From the IMG/VR virus record IMGVR_UViG_3300014205_000209: 64,000 bases of DNA, one strand, 5' to 3'. The notes beneath the pieces are model-generated. The model did not search any database, was not told the DNA's origin, and saw only the letters and a list, made by a program, of their open reading frames with translations. Position 1 is the stretch's first letter. Every line of letters begins with the position of its first letter. The stretch is from a virus. Taxonomy: Duplodnaviria; Heunggongvirae; Uroviricota; Caudoviricetes. Of this stretch, positions 61,031-64,000 are shown piece after piece. The translations under genes and the position numbers were made by a program.

Positions 61031-61119
61031 CGGAGAGGATGGGAATTGAACCCACAGTTCTTTTTAAGGAACAACATTTTAGCAGAATGCCCCAGCAAAC
61101 CGATATCTGGCTCCTCTCC
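61031..61119 (-). tRNA. tRNA-Ser (anticodon GCT), class II
   Basis: Acceptor GGAGAGG/CCTCTCC, D-stem CCAG/CTGG, anticodon stem GCATT/AATGT with loop CTGCTAA, long variable arm with a GTTC/GAAC hairpin, T-arm GTGGG-TTCAATT-CCCAT. Confidence 0.7.
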
Positions 61120-61126
61120 AAATTTT

Positions 61127-61197
61127 TCCGGCTGCCGGGAATCGAACCCGGGTAAAGAGAGCCACAATCTCTTGGACTACCACTGTCCTACAGCAGG
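61127..61197 (-). tRNA. tRNA-His (anticodon GTG)
   Basis: D-arm GGAC-AGTGGTA-GTCC, anticodon stem AGAGA/TCTCT with loop TTGTGGC, T-arm CCGGG-TTCGATT-CCCGG, acceptor CCTGCTG/CAGCCGG with one mismatch. Confidence 0.55.
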
Positions 61198-61210
61198 GAT
61201 GATTTTTATA

Positions 61211-61286
61211 ATACCAACGGAGAGATTTGAACTCTCAACATACTGGTTCTAAGCCAGCCGGATCTGCCAATTGTCCTACGTTGGTA
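61211..61286 (-). tRNA. tRNA with anticodon TAG (Leu by anticodon) but a short class-I variable loop
   Basis: Acceptor TACCAAC/GTTGGTA, anticodon stem GCTGG/CCAGT with loop CTTAGAA, T-arm GAGAG-TTCAAAT-CTCTC. Confidence 0.5.
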
Positions 61287-61292
61287 TGTTTT

Positions 61293-61367
61293 TGGTAGTG
61301 AGGGACGGAATTGAACCGACGTAACCATGGATATGAGTCATAGCTTGGAACCAGCACCAACCTCACT
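61293..61367 (-). tRNA. tRNA, probable anticodon CAT (Met/Ile2-type), 3' CCA encoded
   Basis: Acceptor AGTGAGG/CCTCACT followed by ACCA. T-arm GTCGG-TTCAATT-CCGTC. Anticodon arm read as TATGA-CTCATAT-CCATG with a 4-bp stem. Confidence 0.45.
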
Positions 61368-61374
61368 ATATATT

Positions 61375-62235
61375 TTATTCAAAACTTTTTTTATTATGCA
61401 ATGTTCTAAATTTTATATCTGGCATATATTTTCTTAAAAATATTGCTGTTTTATTAGCATGCTTTCCAACAATTTTTGCTAATTGTTTAAGACAACCCAC
61501 ACGAGTTAAATCTATTCCACTTTCAACAATTTGTTTTCTTAAATAATCAATTTTTTCTGCACGTTTAACTTCTCTACTTTTAATATCATATTTTTTTAAA
61601 TTTTGTCTTTTTTGCAATTCTTCTATCATATTTAATTTTTTTAATTGTATATCATAATATGATGTTACATCATATTTTTTATCATATTGTATAATTATGT
61701 CTTTTATTTTATTTAATTCGTTTTTAGTATCACTATAAAAAATTTTCCAAATAATTCTTAAAGTTTCTACATTTTTAGATTTTAAAAAAGCATCTCTAAT
61801 TTTATCTTTTTCTTGAATATGTTTATAACGATAATGTTGATATCCATCAATTTCTATCGCTAAACTTTTTTCAGGGAAGAAAAAATCTAATCTATATCTT
61901 CCAAATGGAAATTCGCAAAAAAAATCTCTTTCTTTTATAAAACCTTCGTTTATTAAAAATTTTTCAAAAAAGTTTTGAGCATATGAAAACTTAGGTTTCC
62001 ATGGATTAGCTCGTCTTTCAGAATGTGCTTTTTTCATGCCATCAGAAATCTTTTTTCTAGATATTTCTGAATGATGCTTATTTTTAAAACCTGGAATAAT
62101 TATTCCTAATCTGATTTTTTCAGAATATTTTTCACCAGCTTTTTTAAGAATATCACTAGTTTCTTTTGTTTGTCCTCTATTCCATCCCCAACATTTTCCT
62201 CTATAATTTGTTTTATGAATGTATATTTTACTCAT
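61375..62235 (-). mobile_element. homing-endonuclease-like protein (DUF559/Vsr-like nuclease), third paralog
   Basis: YRLDFFFPEKSLAIEIDGYQHY (EIDGxxH), then a Lys-rich helical C-terminus with LTRVGCLKQLAKIV. Flanked by tRNAs on both sides. Confidence 0.55.
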
Positions 62236-62237
62236 AA

Positions 62238-62309
62238 AGCGCCTGGATGGAGTTGAACCATCGATAACGTTTTTGCAGAACGTTCCCTTAACCGTTTGGG
62301 TACAGACGC
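62238..62309 (-). tRNA. tRNA-Cys (anticodon GCA)
   Basis: Acceptor GCGTCTG/CAGGCGC (one G·U), D-stem CCC/GGG, anticodon stem ACGTT/AACGT with loop CTGCAAA, T-arm GATGG-TTCAACT-CCATC. Confidence 0.65.
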
Positions 62310-62569
62310 ATTTTTTTCTTTATTCCAATAAGGACTTTTACATTTTGGACAAATAATAATTTCTTTTTTTCTAGGAGACCATTTCCATCCACAACGTTTA
62401 CATTCTTCAACTTTAATTTCTCGACCACTGTTTTTCATTTTTACCTCTAAAGTATAATTTTATAAGTATTACCTATAAAGTAATATTTTATAAAAACTTT
62501 AGAAATAATTTGTAGAGAACGATTCTATGGACCTCGTTCGACGGTATTTTTATCTACAAATTTAAATTA

Positions 62570-62655
62570 CGGAGGTAACAGGAATTGAACCTATTTCTCC
62601 TTTCAGAGGACAACTTTCCAAGTTGTTCCAGCGAACCAATATCTGGCTTACCTCC
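62570..62655 (-). tRNA. tRNA-Ser (anticodon GGA), class II
   Basis: Acceptor GGAGGTA/TACCTCC, D-stem CCAG/CTGG, anticodon stem ACAAC/GTTGT with loop TTGGAAA, long variable arm, T-arm ATAGG-TTCAATT-CCTGT. Confidence 0.65.
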
Positions 62656-62729
62656 AATTAACAATCTATTCTTTTACATTCTGAACATTTACCATTACAA
62701 GGTTTTCTTTTCATTTTAACTCAAAAAAA

Positions 62730-62816
62730 CGGAAGAAGTGAGACTCGAACTCACAGTGCATTCATCATGCAGTACAAATTTTCAAGATTTGCTCCTCATC
62801 CAGCCGGATCTCTTCC
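62730..62816 (-). tRNA. tRNA-Ser (anticodon TGA), class II
   Basis: Acceptor GGAAGAG/TTCTTCC (one G·U), anticodon stem CAAAT/ATTTG with loop CTTGAAA, variable-arm hairpin TGCAT-GATGA-ATGCA, T-arm GTGAG-TTCGAGT-CTCAC. Confidence 0.65.
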
Positions 62817-62826
62817 AATTAAAAAT

Positions 62827-62904
62827 GCTCCCAAAGAGACTTGAACTCTTAAGATTTCTCAACCGATCTTAAGCCGGTCGTGTTTGCCAATTTCACCATA
62901 GGAG
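62827..62904 (-). tRNA. tRNA-Leu (anticodon TAA), second, diverged copy
   Basis: Acceptor GCTCCTA/TGGGAGC (one G·U), D-region GTGAAATTGGCAAACAC, anticodon stem ACCGG/TCGGT with loop CTTAAGA, 11-nt variable arm, T-arm AAGAG-TTCAAGT-CTCTT. Confidence 0.55.
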
Positions 62905-62916
62905 CAAATTTTAAAG

Positions 62917-62993
62917 TCCACTTGGTTGGAGTCGAACCAACGTGTAACCAAATTAACCTTTCTACGCCTTATCAGAGCGAGGGTATACAAGTG
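62917..62993 (-). ncRNA. tRNA-like gene with canonical acceptor and T-arm but no resolvable anticodon arm
   Basis: Acceptor CCACTTG/CAAGTGG and T-arm GTTGG-TTCGACT-CCAAC. The internal sequence AAGGCGTAGAAAGGTTAATTTGGTTACAC gives no 5-bp stem plus 7-nt loop. Confidence 0.3.
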
Positions 62994-63111
62994 GAAGTTT
63001 GATTTTACATTACACTAATATGTTCCAAATAACTAAATGATAATTGGATTCTAACCATGCTATTTATATTAGTATCATCGGTTGCGAATGACATGTAAAA
63101 TTATATTTTGG

Positions 63112-63193
63112 TGGCTCCGAGCAGATTTGAACTGCCGACACCGAAATTTTCAGTTTCGTGCTCTACCTGTGCTTACGCCTGAGCTACAGAGCC
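63112..63193 (-). tRNA. tRNA-Phe (anticodon GAA) with an enlarged 17-nt D-loop
   Basis: Acceptor GGCTCTG/CGGAGCC (one G·U), D-stem GCTC/GAGC enclosing AGGCGTAAGCACAGGTA, anticodon stem CGAAA/TTTCG with loop CTGAAAA, T-arm GGCAG-TTCAAAT-CTGCT. Confidence 0.55.
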
Positions 63194-63826
63194 AATATTA
63201 TTTTTCAAAGAACAAAGAAATTCTTCTTTAGTTTGTATTTCTAATAACGAAAAGAATAATTTCTTTTCGACGACTATTAGTTTTTCTTTTAAACTTTCGT
63301 GTTGATCAAAAACTATTTTCATTTTTTCTTTATCATTACCCCACCAAAAACCTTTAACTTCAATAAAAAGATCTTCGTCATTTAGATAAAAGTCTGGAGT
63401 ATAATGTTTTTCTTTTCCTCCAAAAACATACAAAAAAGAATTTTTATGTAAATTTAGTTTCTTCCAATTTATATTTAATTTATTCATCAAAAGTGCAAGA
63501 TCTCGTTCCCATGTTCCTTGCACTTTTTGTTTGTTAATTTCATACCATTTTGATCTTCCGCCAGAATTATGTAAAGATTGTCTAATCGATAGTCGTTGCA
63601 TTTGTTCTTTAAATTTTTCTGTCTTAGCATATTTTTGAAATGAGTTTAAACCTTTAGAAGAAAGATCTTTCATCTTAATTGACACTTTGTTCGCTATCTT
63701 CGCAATCCTCGTATCAGTTTTATTTTTTCCACTATTCCATGCTTTACCATTTCGTTTATGATATAAAGAGTGAAACCCTATTCCTTTTCTACTATAATGC
63801 TTTTTACAAATTGTACATTCAAACAA
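63173..63826 (-). mobile_element. homing-endonuclease-like protein (DUF559/Vsr-like nuclease), fourth paralog
   Basis: N-terminal zinc ribbon CTICKK...H..H. YTPDFYLNDEDLFIEVKGFWW (nuclease core), then a helical tail. Its 3' end overlaps tRNA-Phe by about 20 nt. Confidence 0.5.
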
Positions 63827-64000
63827 ATTTTCAGAAATTTTTATAAAATCCTTTCTAACTTCTTCAATGATACCTTTACAACTTTTAACATGAACTTCAA
63901 AATTATTATTTGAAACATTTCTTTGACATTTGTCACATTTCGAAAAATTATTCGGTGAATGAATTCTAGCATGACCTCCTAATTTTTGTTTAGTAGGAAA

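Noticed and set aside
62660-62716. 18-codon Cys-rich mini-ORF (MKRKPCNGKCSECKRIDC) between tRNA-Ser(GGA) and tRNA-Ser(TGA).
   Set aside because: Too short, with no RBS-like context. Likely chance.
1-64000. CRISPR arrays or a large prophage att site.
   Set aside because: No regularly spaced direct repeats of 25–40 bp were seen. The only perfect repeats are the 32-bp pair at 59629/60319, the tnpB-flank motif and the gene duplication at 43840–45142.

Overview
This is a 64-kb, very AT-rich (about 25% GC) window that is densely coding, almost entirely on the minus strand. The gene content looks like part of a jumbo-phage or megaplasmid-like element rather than a cellular chromosome, though this is inference from content alone. 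Supporting features are a sigma-70 family sigma factor, at least 21 recognisable tRNA genes plus 2 tRNA-like elements in three arrays interleaved with paralogous homing-endonuclease-like genes, GIY-YIG and HNH endonucleases, two tnpB-only IS605-family elements on the opposite strand, and several RNA/DNA ligases (RtcB, an Rnl2-like ligase, a ligase-type nucleotidyltransferase domain). Auxiliary metabolic genes include a DAHP synthase with chorismate mutase, dCMP deaminase, a MazG–NMNAT fusion, NADAR, a nucleoside 2-deoxyribosyltransferase and a patatin-like phospholipase. A secreted protein ends in a type IX secretion (T9SS) C-terminal sorting domain, which points to a Bacteroidota host. The standard genetic code appears to be in use, since long ORFs are intact. 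The most unusual content is (i) a flotillin–NfeD membrane module interrupted by a BCS1-like AAA ATPase and a small Cys-rich membrane protein, (ii) an RNA-repair gene set next to an expanded tRNA repertoire, and (iii) several non-canonical tRNA-like genes. These include one with a 26-nt hairpin insertion, one with an amber-suppressor-type CUCUAAA anticodon loop, and a roughly 165-nt tRNA-like element. All calls rest on motifs read by eye; no database searches or folding programs were run.
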